Assembly: GCF_009914755.1 (NCBI RefSeq) | Contig: NC_060933.1 | Source: the human T2T-CHM13v2.0 reference genome, Homo sapiens | Length of the DNA stretch: 64,000 nucleotides | Reading direction: 5' to 3' (one strand) | Shown: positions 42,301-55,768 of the stretch, in pieces | How positions within the stretch are numbered: position 1 is the first letter of the stretch | How the letters are laid out: each line of letters begins with the position of its first letter | Notes under the pieces: model-generated | Seen by the model: the letters and a program-made list of their open reading frames with translations, nothing else | The model's database searches: none | What the model was told of the DNA's origin: nothing | Program-made: the position numbers and the translations under genes

Positions 42301-44159
42301 AATTCCATTCCATTACAGTTCGTTCCATTCCATTCTATTCCGTACCATTCCATTCCATTCCATACCATTCCATTCCATTCCATTCCATTCCGTTCCATTC
42401 CGTTCCATTCCATTCCATTCCATTCTATTCCATTCCATTGCAATCGAGTTGAATCCATTTCATTTCATTCCATTCCATTCCATTCCATTCCATTCCGGAA
42501 GATTCCATTCCATTGCATTCCATTCCATTCCATTCCCCTGCACTCGCGTTGATTCCATTCCATTCCATTCCATTCCATTCCGTTCCATTCCATTCCATTC
42601 CATTCCATTCCATTCCATTCCATTCCATTCCGTTCCGTTCCGTTCCGTTCCATTCCATTCCATTCCATTCTATTCGGGTTAATTCCATTCCATTTCATTC
42701 GACTGCAATCGAGTTGATTCCATTCCATTCCATTCCATTACCTTCCTTTCCATTCCATTGCATTCCATTCCATTCTATTCGGGTTAATGCCATTCCATTC
42801 CATTCCATTCCATTCCATTCCATTCCATTGCAATCGAGTTGAATCCATTCCATTCCATTCCATTCCATTCCATTCCGGAAGATTCCATTCCATTCCATTC
42901 CATTCCATTCCATTCCCATGCACTCGTGTTGATTCCATTCCATTCCATTCCATTCCATTCCATTCCGTTCCGTTCCATTCCATTCCATTCCATTCCATTC
43001 CATTCCATTCCGTTCCGTTCCATTCCATTCCATTCCATTCTATTCGGGTTAATTCCATTCCATTCCATTCTATTGCAATCGAGTTGATTCCATTCCATTC
43101 AATTCCATTCTATTCCATTCCATTCCATTCCATTCCATTCCTTTCCATTCCTTTCCATTCCTTTATGGATGATTCCATTCCATTGCATTCCATTCCATTC
43201 CATTCCCCTGTACTCGGGTTGATTCCATTCCATTCCGTTCCAATCTATTCGGGGTAATTCCATTCTATTCCATACGATTACAATCGAGTTGATTCCATTC
43301 CATTCCATTCCATTCCATTCCATTCCTTTCCATTCCATTACGGATGATTCCATTCTATTGCATTCCATTCCATTCCATTCCCTTGCAGTCGGGTTGATTC
43401 CATTCCATTCCATTCCATTCCATTCCATTTCATTCCTTTCCGTTCCATTCCATTCCATTCCATTCTATTCGGGTTAATTCCATTCCATTCCATTCCATTC
43501 CATTGCATTCCAATCGAATTGATTCCATTCCATTCCTTTCCATTCCATTCCGGATGATTCCATTCCATTGCATTCCATTCCATTCCATTCCCCTGCCCTC
43601 GGGTTGATTCCATTCCATTCCACTCCATTCCGTTCCATTCCATTCCATTCCATTGTATTCGGGTTAATTCCTTCCATTCCATTCCATTCCATTCCATTCC
43701 ATTACAATAGAGTTGATTCCATTCCATTCCATTCCATTCCAGTCCTTTCCATTCCATTCCACTCGGGTTGATTCCATTCTATTAGTTTCCATTCCATTCC
43801 ATTCCCTTCCATTCCAGTCTGGTTAATTCCATTCCTTTGCATTCCACTCGAATACATTCCCTCCTATTCCACTCTGAACTATTCCATTCCATTCCATTCC
43901 ATTCCATTCCATTCCATTTCGTTCCATTCCATTCTATTCCGTATCATTCCATTCCATTCCATTCCATTGCATTCCATTCCACTCGTGTTGACTCCATTCC
44001 TTTCCATTCCATTCGGATTTAAGGCATTCCATTCCATTCCATTCCATTCCATTCCATTCCATTCCATTCCATTGTACTCCGGTTGATTCCATTCCATTGC
44101 ATTCCATTCCATTCCATTCCATTCCATTCCATTCCATTCCGTTGCATTCCATTCCATTA

Positions 44160-46060
44160 CATTCGGATTGATTCTATTCAACTCCCTTACTCTCCATTAC
44201 ATTCCGTTCCATTCGTGTTGTTCCATTCCATTCCATTCCATTCCACTCCATTCCATTGCACTCGGGTTGATTCCATTCCATTCCATTCCATTCCGGATGA
44301 TTCCATTCCATTGCATTCCGTTCCATTACATTCGCCTGCACTCGCGTTGATTCCATTCCATTCCATTCCATTCCATTCAATTCCATTCCATTACAATTCG
44401 ATCCATTCCATTCTATTCCGTACCATTCCATTCCGTTCCATACCATTCCATTCCATTCCATTCCATTCCATTCCATTCCATTCCGTTCCATTCCGTTCCA
44501 TTCCATTCCATTCCATTCTATTCAGTTTAATTCCATTCCATTCCATTCCATTCCATTCTATTCCATTCCATTGCAATCGAGTTGAATCCATTGCATTTCA
44601 TTCCATTCCATTCCATTCCATTCCATTCCAGAAGATTCCATTCCATTGCATTCCATTCCATTCCATTCCCCTGCACTCGCGTTGATTCCATTCCAGTCCA
44701 TTCCATTCCATTCCATTCCATTCCATTCCGTTCCGTTCCATTCCATTCCATTCCATTCCATTCCATTCCATTCCATTCCGTTCCGTTCCATTCCATTCCA
44801 TTCCATTCTATTCGGGTTAATTCCATTCCATTCCATTCGATTGCAATCGTGTTGATCCCATTCCATTCCATTCCATTCCATTCCATTCCATTCCTTTCCA
44901 TTCCATTACGGATGATTCCATTCCATTGCATTCCATTCCATTCCATTCCCCTGTACTCGTGTTGATTCCATTCCATTGCATTCCAATCCATGCCCTTCCA
45001 CTCGTGTTGATTCCATTCTTTCCATTCCATTCAAGTTGAATCCATTCCATTGCATTCCATTCCATTCGATTCCATTCGATTGCACTCGGGTTGATTCCAT
45101 TCCATTGCATTCCATTCCATTCCATTCCATTCCATTCCGTTGAATTCCATTCCTTTACATTCGGATTGATTCTATTCAACTCCCTTACTCTCCATTACAT
45201 TCCGTTCCATTCGTGTTGTTCCATTCCATTCCATTCCATTCCACTCCATTCCATTGCACTCGGGTTGATTCCATTCTATTCCATTCCATTCCGGATGATT
45301 CCATTCCATTGCATTCCGTTCCATTACATTCCCCTGCACTCGCGTTGATTCCATTCCATTCCATTCCATTCCATTCAATTGCATTCCATTACAATTCGAT
45401 CCATTCCATTCTATTCCGTACCATTCCATTCCGTTCCATACCATTCCATTCCATTCCATTCCATTCCGTTCCATTCCGTTCCATTCCGTTCCATTCCATT
45501 CCATTCCATTCTATTCGGGTTAATTCCATTCCATTCCATTCCATTCCATTCTATTCCATTCCATTTCAATCGAGTTGAATCCATTGCATTCCATTCCATT
45601 CCATTCCCCTGCACTCGCGTTGATTCCATTCCAGTCCATTCCATTCCATTCCATTCCATTCCATTCCATTCCGTTCCGTTCCATTCCATTCCATTCCATT
45701 CCATTCCATTCCGTTCCGTTCCATTCCATTCCATTCCATTCTATTCGGTTTAATTCCATTCCATTCCATTCGATTGCAATCGTGTTGATCCCATTCCATT
45801 CCATTCCATTCCATTCCATTCCATTCCTTTCCATTCCATTACGGATGATTCCATTCCATTGCATTCCATTCCATTCCATTCCCCTGTACTCGGGTTGATT
45901 CCATTCCATTGCATTCCAATCCATGCCCTTCCACTCGTGTTGATTCCATTCTTTACATTCCATTCAAGTTGAATCCATTCCATTGCATTCCATTCCATTC
46001 GATTCCATTCGATTGCACTCGGGTTGATTCCATTCCATTGCATTCCATTCCATTCCATTC
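44160..46060 (+). repeat. ~1.0-kb tandem duplication (offset 998, dropping to ~933 after a deletion in copy 2)
   Basis: Shared private variants: CCGTTCCATTCGTGTTGTTCC (44204/45202), ACAATTCGATCC (44393/45391), TTCCAGTCCA (44691/45629), GTTGATCCCA (44851/45784). Confidence 0.87.
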
Positions 46061-48589
46061 CATTCCATTGCATTCCATTCCATTCCATTCCATTCCATTC
46101 CATTCCATTCCATTCCGTTCCATTCCATTCCATTACATTCGGATTGATTCTATTCAATTCCCTTACACTCCATTACATTCCACTCCATTCGGGTAGTTTC
46201 CATTCCATTCCATTCCATTCCTCTCCATTCCATTGCACTCGGGTTGATTCCATTCTATTGCATTCCATTCCATTCTATTCAATTCCATTCCTTTCCATTC
46301 CATTCCATTACATTCGGATTGATTCTATTGAACTCCCTTACTCTCCGTTACATTCCATTCCATTCGGGTTGTTCCATTCCATTCCATTCCATTCCACTCC
46401 ATTCCATTGCACTCGGGTTGATTCCATTCCATTCCATTCCATTCCATTCCATTCCGGAAGATTCCATTCCATTGCATTCCATTCCATTCCATTCCCCTGC
46501 ACTCACGTTGATTCCATTCCATTCCATTCCATTCCATTCCATTCCATTCCATTCCATTCCTTTCCGTTCCATTCCATTCCATTCCATTCCATTCCATTCC
46601 ATTCCATTCGGGTTAATTCCATTCCATTCCATTCGATTGCAATCGAGTTGATTCCATTCCATTCCATTCCATTCCTTTCCATTCCATTACGGATGATTCC
46701 ATTCCATTGCATTCCATTCTATTCCTTTCCCCTGTACTCGGGTTGATTCCATTCCATTCTATTCCAATCCATGCCATTCCACTCGTATTGATTCCATTCT
46801 TTCCATTCCATTCAAGTTGAATCCATTCCATTCCATTCCATTCCCCTGCAGTCGGGTTGATTCCATTCCATTCCATTCCATTCCATTCCATTCCATTCCA
46901 TTCCGTTCCGTTCCGTTCCATTCCATTCCATTCCATTCTATTCGGGTTAATTGCATTCCATTCCATTCCATTCCATTCCATTCCATTCCATTCCACTCCA
47001 TTCCAGTCCTTTCCATTCCATTCCAGTCGGCTTGATTCCAATGTATTCCTTTCCATTCCATTCCATTCCATTGCAATCGAGTTGATTCCATTGCTTTGCA
47101 TTCCATTCCATTCCATTCCATTCCGGATGATTCCATTCCATTGCATTCCATTCCATTCCATTCCCCTGCACTCGGGTTGATTCCAATCCATTCCACTCCA
47201 TTCCGTTCCATTCCATTCCATTCCATTGTATTCGGGTTAATTCCATTCCATTCCATTCCATTCCATTCCATTCCATTCCATTCCAATCGAGTTGATTCCA
47301 TTCCATTCCATTCCATTCCATTCCATTCCAGGCCTTTCCATTCCATTCCACTCGGGATGATTCCATTCTATTAGTTTCCATTCCATTCCATTCCCTTCCA
47401 TTCCACTCGGGTTGATTCCATTCCATTCCATTCTATTCCATTCCGGATGATTCCATTCCATTCCATTCTATTCCATTCCATTCGGTTCCATTCCATTCCC
47501 CTCCACTCGCGTTGATTCCATTCCATTCCATTCCATTCCATTCCATTCCATTCCATTCCTTTCCAGTTCGTTCCATTCCATTCTATTCCGTATCATTCCA
47601 TTCCATTCCATTCCATTCCATTCCATTCCATTCCATTCCATTCCACTCGTGTTGATTCCATTCCTTTCCATTCCATTCGGTTTGAAGGCATTCCATTCCA
47701 TTCCATTCCATTCCATTCCATTCCATTGTACTCGGGTTGATTCCATTCCATTCCATTCCATTCCATTCCATTCCATTCCGTTCCGTTCCATTCCATTCCA
47801 TTCCATTCCATTCTATTCGGGTTAATTCTTTTCCATTCCATTCCATTCCATTCCATTCCAATCGAGTTGATTCCATTCCATTCCATTCCATTCCATTCCA
47901 CTCCATTCCAGTCCTTTCCATTCCCTTCCAGTCGGGTTGATTCCAATGTATTCCTTTCCATTCCATTCCATTCCATTGCAATCGAGTTGATTCCATTGCT
48001 TTGCATTCCATTTCATTCCATTCCATTCCGGATGATTCCATTCCATTGCATTCCATTCCATTCCATTCCCCTGCACTCGTGTTGATTCCATTCCATTCCA
48101 CTCCATTCCATTCCATTCCATTCCATTCCATTCCATTCCATTCCATTACAATCGAGTTGATTCCATTGCATTCCATTCCAGTCCTTTCCATTCCATTCCA
48201 CTCGGGTTGATTCCATTCTATTAGTTTCCATTCCATTCCATTCCCTTCCATTCCACTCTGGTTGATTCCATTCCTTTCCATTCTACTCGAATACATTCCC
48301 TCCTATTCCACTCGGATCGATTCCATTCCATTCCATTCCTTTCCATTCCATTCCATTCCATTCCATTTCGTTCCATTCCATTCTATTCCGTATCATTCCA
48401 TTTCATTCCATTCCATTCCATTCCATTCCATTCCATTCCACTCCATTCCGTTCCGTTCCATTCCATTCCATTCCATTCCATTCTATTCGTGTTAATTCCA
48501 TTCCATTCCATTCGATTGCAATCTAGTTGATTCCATTCCATTCCATTCCATTCCATTCCATTCCATTCCATTCCTTTACATTCCATTAC

Positions 48590-51580
48590 GGATGATTCCA
48601 TTCCATTGCATTCCATTCCATTCCATTCCCCTGCACTCGAGTTGATTCCATTCCATTCCACTCCATTCCGTTCCATTCCATTCCATTCCATTGTATTCGG
48701 GTTAATTCCATTCCATTCCATTCCATTCCATTCCATTCCATTCCATTACAATCGAGTTGATTCCATTCCATTCCATTCCATTTCAGTCCTTCCCATTCCA
48801 TTCCACTCGGGTTGATTCCATTCTATTAGTTTCCATTCCATTCCATTCCCTTCCATTCCACTCTGGTTGTTTCCATTCCTTTCCATTCCACTCGAATACA
48901 TTCCCTCCTCTTCCACTCGGAACGATTCCATTCCATTCCATTCCATTCCATTCCATTCCATTCCATTCCATTCCATTTCGTTCAATTCCTTTCTATTCCG
49001 TATCATTCCATTCCATTCCATTCCATTCCATTCCATTCCATTCCATTCCATTGTATTCGGGTTGATTCCATTCCATTGCATTCCATTCCATTCCATTCCA
49101 TTCCGGATGATTCCATTCCATTGCATTCCATTCCATTCCATTCAACTGCACTCGGGTTGATTCCATTCCATTCCACTCCATTCCATTCCATTCCATTCCA
49201 TTCCATTCCATTCCATTCCGTATGATTCCATTCCACTTCATTCCGTTCCATTCCACTCCCCTGCACTCGGGTTGATTCCATTCCATTCCATTCCATTCCA
49301 ATGCAATAGAGTTAATTCCATTCCATTCCATTCCATTCCATTCCATTCCATTCCATTGTACTCGGGTTGATTCCATTCCATTGCATTCCATTCAATTCCA
49401 TTCCATTCCATTCCGTACCATTCCATTCCATTACATTCGGATTGATTCTATTCAACCCCCTTACTCTCCATTAGATTCCATTCCATTCGGGTTGTTCCAT
49501 TCCATTCCATTCCATTCCACTCCATTCCATTGCACTCGGGTTGATTCCATTCCATTCCATTCCATTCCATTCCATTCCATTCCATTCCATTCCGGATGAT
49601 TCCATTCCATTGAATTCCGTTCCATTACATTCCCCTGCACTCGGGTTGATTCCATTCCATTCCATTCCATTCCATTCGATTCCATTCCATTCCAATTCTT
49701 TCCATTCCATTCTATTCCGTACCATTTCATTCCATTCCATACAATTCCATTCCATTTCATTCCACTCCTTTCCGTTCCGTTCCGTTCCGTTCCGTTCCAT
49801 TCCATTCCATTCTATTCGGTTTAATTCCATTCCATTCCATTCCATTCCATTCCATTCTATTCCATTCCTTTGCAATAGAGTTGAATCCATTGCATTTCAT
49901 TCCATTCCAATCCATTCCATTCCATTCCGGAAGATTCCATTCCATTGCATTCCATTCCATTCCATTCCGCTGCACTCGCGTTGATTCCATTCCATTCCAT
50001 TCCATTCCATTCCATTCCATTCCATTCCGTTCCGTTCCATTCCATTCCATTCCATTCCATTCCATTCCGTTCCATTCCATTCCATTCCATTCTATTCTGG
50101 TTAATTCCATTCCATTCCATTCGATTGCAATGTAGTTGATTCCATTCCATTCCATTCCATTCCATTCCATTCCATTCCTTTCCATTCCATTACGGATGAT
50201 TCCATTCCATTGCATTCCATTCCATTCCATTCCCCTGCAGTCGGGTTGATTCCATTCCATTCCATTCCATTCCATTCCGGATGATTCCATTCCATTGCAT
50301 TCCATTCCATTCCAATCCCCTGCACTCGAGTTGATTCCATTCCATTCCACTCCATTCCGTTCCATTCCATTCCATTCCATTGTATTCGGGTTAATTCCAT
50401 TCCATTCCATTCCATTCCATTCCATTCCATTCCATTACAATCGAGTTGATTCCATTCCATTCCATTCCATTTCAGTCCTTTCCATTCCATTCCACTCGGG
50501 TTGATTCCATTCTATTAGTTTCCATTCCATTCCATTCCCTTCCATTCCACTCTGGTTGTTTCCATTCCTTTCCATTCCACTCGAATACATTCCCTCCTCT
50601 TCCACTCGGAACGATTCCATTCCATTCCATTCCATTCCATTCCATTCCATTCCATTCCATTCCATTTCGTTCAATTCCTTTCTATTCCGTATCATTCCAT
50701 TCCATTCCATTCCATTCCATTCCATTCCATTCCATTCCATTGTATTCGGGTTGATTCCACTCCATTGCATTCCATTCCATTCCATTCCATTCCATTCCAT
50801 TCCATTCCGGATGATTCCATTCCATTGCATTCCATTCCATTCCATTCAACTGCACTCGGGTTGATTCCATTCCATTCCATTCCATTCCATTCCATTCCAT
50901 TCCATTCCGTATGATTCCATTCCACTGCATTCCATTCCATTCCACTCCCCTGCACTCGGGTTGATTCCATTCCATTCCATTCCATTCCAATGCAATAGAG
51001 TTAATTCCATTCCATTCCATTCCATTCCATTCCATTCCATTCCATTGTACTCGGGTTGATTCCATTCCATTGCATTCCATTCAATTCCATTCCATTCCAT
51101 TCCGTTCCATTCCATTCCATTACATTCGGATTGATTCTATTCAACTCCCTTACTCTCCATTAAATTCCATGCCATTCGGGTTGTTCCATTCCATTCCATT
51201 CCATTCCACTCCATTCCATTGCACTCGGGTTGATTCCATTCCATTCCATTCCATTCCATTCCATTCCATTCCATTCCATTCCGGATGATTCCATTCCATT
51301 GCATTCCGTTCCATTTCATTCCCCTGCACTCGGGTTGATTCCATTCCATTCCATTCCATTCCATTCGATTCCATTCCATTCCAATTCTTTCCATTCCATT
51401 CTATTCCGTACCATTTCATTCCATTCCATACAATTCCATTCCATTCCATTCCACTCCTTTCCGTTCCGTTCCGTTCCGTTCCGTTCCATTCCATTCCATT
51501 CCATTCTATTCGGTTTAATTCCATTCCATTCCATTCCATTCCATTCTATTCCATTCCATTGCAATCGAGTTGAATCCATT
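48590..51580 (+). repeat. 1689-bp-offset near-tandem duplication (~48590-49890 vs ~50280-51580)
   Basis: ORFs 48757/50446 and 48783/50472 translate identically. Private variants CCCTCCTCTTCCACTCGG, TTCAACTGCAC, TTCCGTATGATTCC and CCAATGCAATAGAGTTAATT occur in both copies. Confidence 0.92.
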
Positions 51581-54500
51581 GCATTCCATTCCATTCCATT
51601 CCATTCCATTCCGCAAGATTCCATTCCATTGCATTCCATTCCATTCCATTCCATTCCATTCCATTCCATTCCTTTCCATTCCATTCCATTACATTCGGAT
51701 TGATTCTTTTCAACTCCCTTACTCTCAATTACATTCCATTCCATTCGGGTTGTTCCATTCCATTCCATTCCATTCCACTACATTCCATTGCACTCGGGTT
51801 GATTCCATTCCATTGCATTCCATTCCATTCCATTCCCCTGCACTCGGGTTGATTCCATTCCATTCCATTCCATTCCATTCCATTCGATTCCAATCCATTC
51901 CCCTGCAGTCGCGTTGATTCCATTCCATTCCATTCCCTTCCATTCCATTCCATTCCATTCCTTTCCGTTCCATTCCATTCCATTCCATTCCATTCCATTC
52001 CATTCCATTCCGTTCCGTTCCATTCCATTCCATACCATTCTATTCGGGTTAATTCCATTCCATTCCATTCGATTGCAATCGAGTTGATTCCATTCCATTC
52101 CATTCCATTCCATTCCATTCCATTCCATTCCATTCCTTTCCATTCCATTACGGATAATTCCATTCCATTGCATTCCATTCCATTCCATTCCCCTGTACTC
52201 GGGTTGATTCCATTCCATTCCATTCCAATCCATGCCATTCCACTCGTGTTGATTCCATTCTTTACTTTCCATTCAAGTTGAATCCATTCCATTGCATTCC
52301 ATTCCATTCGATTCCATTCGATTGCACTCGGGTTGATTCCATTACATTGCATTCCATTCCATTCCATTCCATTCCATTCCATTCCATTCCGTTCCATTGC
52401 ATTTCATTACATTCAGATTGATTCTATTCAATTCCCTTACACTCCGTTATATTCCAATCCATTCTGGTTGTTTCCATTCCATTCCATTCCATTTCACTCC
52501 ATTCCATTGCACTCGGGTTGATTCCATTCCATTCCATTCCATTCCATTCCGGATGATTCCATTCCATTGCATTCCATTCCATTCCATTCCCCTGCACTCG
52601 GGTTGATTCCATTCCATTACATTACATTATATTCCGTTCCATTACATTCTATTCCATTCGGATTGATTCTATTCAATTCCCTAACACTTCATTACATTCC
52701 ATTCCATTCGGGTAGTTTCCATTCCATTCCTCTCTATTCCATTGCACTCGGGTTGATTCCATTCCATTCCATTCCATTCCATTCCATTCCATTCCATTCC
52801 ATTCCATTCCTTTCCATTCCATTCCATTCCATTGTACTCGGGTTGATTCCATTCCATTGCATTCCATTCCATTCCATTCCATTCCATTCCGTTCCATTCC
52901 ATTCCATTACATTCGGATTGATTCTATTCAACTCCCTTACTCTCCATTACATTCGATTCCATTCGGGTTGTTCCATTCCATTCCATTCCATTCCACTCCA
53001 TTCCATTGCACTCGGGTTTATTCCATTCCATTCCATTCCATTCCGGAAGATTCCATTCCATTGCATTCCATTACATTCCATTCCCCTGCACTCGCGTTGA
53101 TTCCATTCCATTCCATTCCATTCCATTCCATTCCATTCCTTTCCGTTCCATTCCATTCCATTCCATTCCATTAAATTCCATTCCGTTCCGTTCCGTTCCG
53201 TTCCATTCCATTCCATTCCATTCTATTCGGGTTGATTCCTTTCCATTCCATTCGATTGCAATCGAGTTGATTCCATTCCATTCCATTCCATTCCATTCCA
53301 TTCCATTCCATTCCTTTCCATTCCATTACGGATGATTCCATTCCATTGCATTCCTTTCCATTCCATTCCCCTGTACTCTGGTTGATTCCATTCCATTCCA
53401 TTCCAATCCGTGCCATTCCACTCGTGTTGATTCCATTCTTTCCATTCCATTCAAGTTGAATCCATTCCATTGCATTCCATTCCATTCGATTCCATTCGAT
53501 TGCACTCTGGTTGATTCCATTCCATTGCATTCCATTCCATTCCATTCCATTCCATTCCATTCCATTCCATTTCATTCCATTCCATTCCATTTCATTCCAT
53601 TCCATTCCTTTCCATTCCATTTCATTCCATTCCATTCCTTTCCATTCCATTCCATTCCATTCCATTACAATTGAGTTGATTCCTTTCCATTCCGTTCCAT
53701 TCCATTCCATTGCCTTGCATTCCACTCGGGTTGATTCCATTCTCTTCTTTCGACTCCATTACATTCCCTTCCATTCCACACGGAATGATTGATTCCATTC
53801 CATTCCATTCCATTTCATTCCATTGCAATCCATTCCAATCCATTCCATTCCATTCCATTCCACTCGAGTTGATTTCATTCCATTCCTTTCCATTCCATTC
53901 CATTCCTTTCCACTCGAGTTGATTCCATTCCATTCCATTCCATTGCATTCCATTCCATGCCATTCCACTCGGGTTGATTCCATTCCATTCCATTCCATTC
54001 CATTCCATTACATTGCATTCCCTTCCATTCCATTCCCCTGCACTCGGGTTGATTCCATTCCATTCCATTCCATTTAATTCCATTCCATTCTATTCCATTC
54101 CATTCCATTCCAATCCTTTCCATTCCATTCCATTCCATTGCAATCGACTTGATTCCATTTCATTCCATTCCATTCCATTCCATTGCATTACATTCGGATT
54201 GATTCTATTCAATTCCCTTACACTCCATTACATTCCATTCCATTCGGGAAGTTTCCATTCCATTCCATTCCATTCCACTCCATTCCATTGCATCGAGTTG
54301 ATTGCATTCCATTCCATTCCATTCCATTCCGGATGATTCAATTCCATTGCATTCCATTCCATTCCATTCCCCTGCACTCGGGTTGATTACATTCCATTCC
54401 ATTCCCTTCCATTCCTTTCCATTCCATTCCATTCCATTCTATTCGTGTTAATTCCATTCCATTCCATTCCATTCCATTCCATTCCATTCCATTCCATTCC

Positions 54501-55110
54501 ATTCCATTGCAATCGACTTGATTCCATTCCATTGCATTCCATTCCGTTCCGCATGATTCCATTCCAATGCATTCCATTCCATTCCATTCCCCTTCACTCG
54601 GGTTGATTCCATTCCATTCCACTCCATTCCGTTCCATTCCATTCCATACCATTGTATTCGGGTTAATTCCATTCCATTCCATTCCATTCCATTTCATTCC
54701 ATTCCATTCCATTCCATTACAATCGTGTTGATTCCATTCCATTCCATTCCATTCCATTCCATTCCATTCCAGTCCTTTCCATTCCATTCCACTCGTGTTG
54801 ATTATATTCTATTAGTTTCCATTCCATTCCATTCCCTCCCATTCCACTCTGGTTGATTCCATTCCTTTCCATTCCACTCGAATACATTCCCTCCTATTTC
54901 ACTCGGAACGATTCCATTCCATTCCATTCCATTCCATTCCATTCCATTCCATTCCATTTCATTCCATTCCATTCTATTCCGTACCATTCCATTCCATTCC
55001 ATTCCATTCCATTCCACTCGTTTTGATTCCATTCCTTTCCATTCCATTCGGTTTGAAGCCATTCCATTCCATTCCATTCCATTCCATTCCATTCCATTCC
55101 ATTCCATTCC

Positions 55111-55768
55111 ATTGTACTCGGGTTGATTCCATTCCATTGCATTCCATTCCATTTTATTCCATTCCATTCCGTTGCATTCCATTCCATTACATTTGGATTG
55201 ATTCTATTCAACTCCCTTAATCTCCGTTACATTCCATTCCATTCGGGTTGTTCCATTCCATTCCATTCCATTCCACTCCATTCCATTGCACTCGGGTTCA
55301 TTCCATTCCATTCCATTCCATTCCATTCCATTCCATTCCAGATGATTCCATTCCATTGCATTCCGTTCCATTACATTCCCCTGCACTCGTGTTGAATCCA
55401 TTCCATTCCATTCCATTCCATTAAATTCCATTCCATTACATTGTACTCGGGTTGATTCCATTCCATTGCATTCCATTCCATTTTATTCCATTCCATTCCG
55501 TTGCATTCCATTCCATTACATTTGGATTGATTCTATTCAACTCCCTTAATCTCCGTTACATTCCATTCCATTCGGGTTGTTCCATTCCATTCCATTCCAT
55601 TCCACTCCATTCCATTGCACTCGGGTTCATTCCATTCCATTCCATTCCATTCCATTCCATTCCATTCCAGATGATTCCATTGCATTGCATTCCGTTCCAT
55701 TACATTCCCCTGCACTCGTGTTGAATCCATTCCATTCCATTCCATTCCATTAAATTCCATTCCATTAC
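55111..55768 (+). repeat. 329-bp head-to-tail tandem duplication
   Basis: ATTGTACTCGGG...ATTTTATTCC...ATTTGGATTG...CCCTTAATCTCCGTTAC...CCAGATG...GTGTTGAATCC...TTAAATTCC occurs at 55111-55439 and 55440-55768. The 90-aa ORFs 55123/55452 differ at one residue. Confidence 0.95.
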
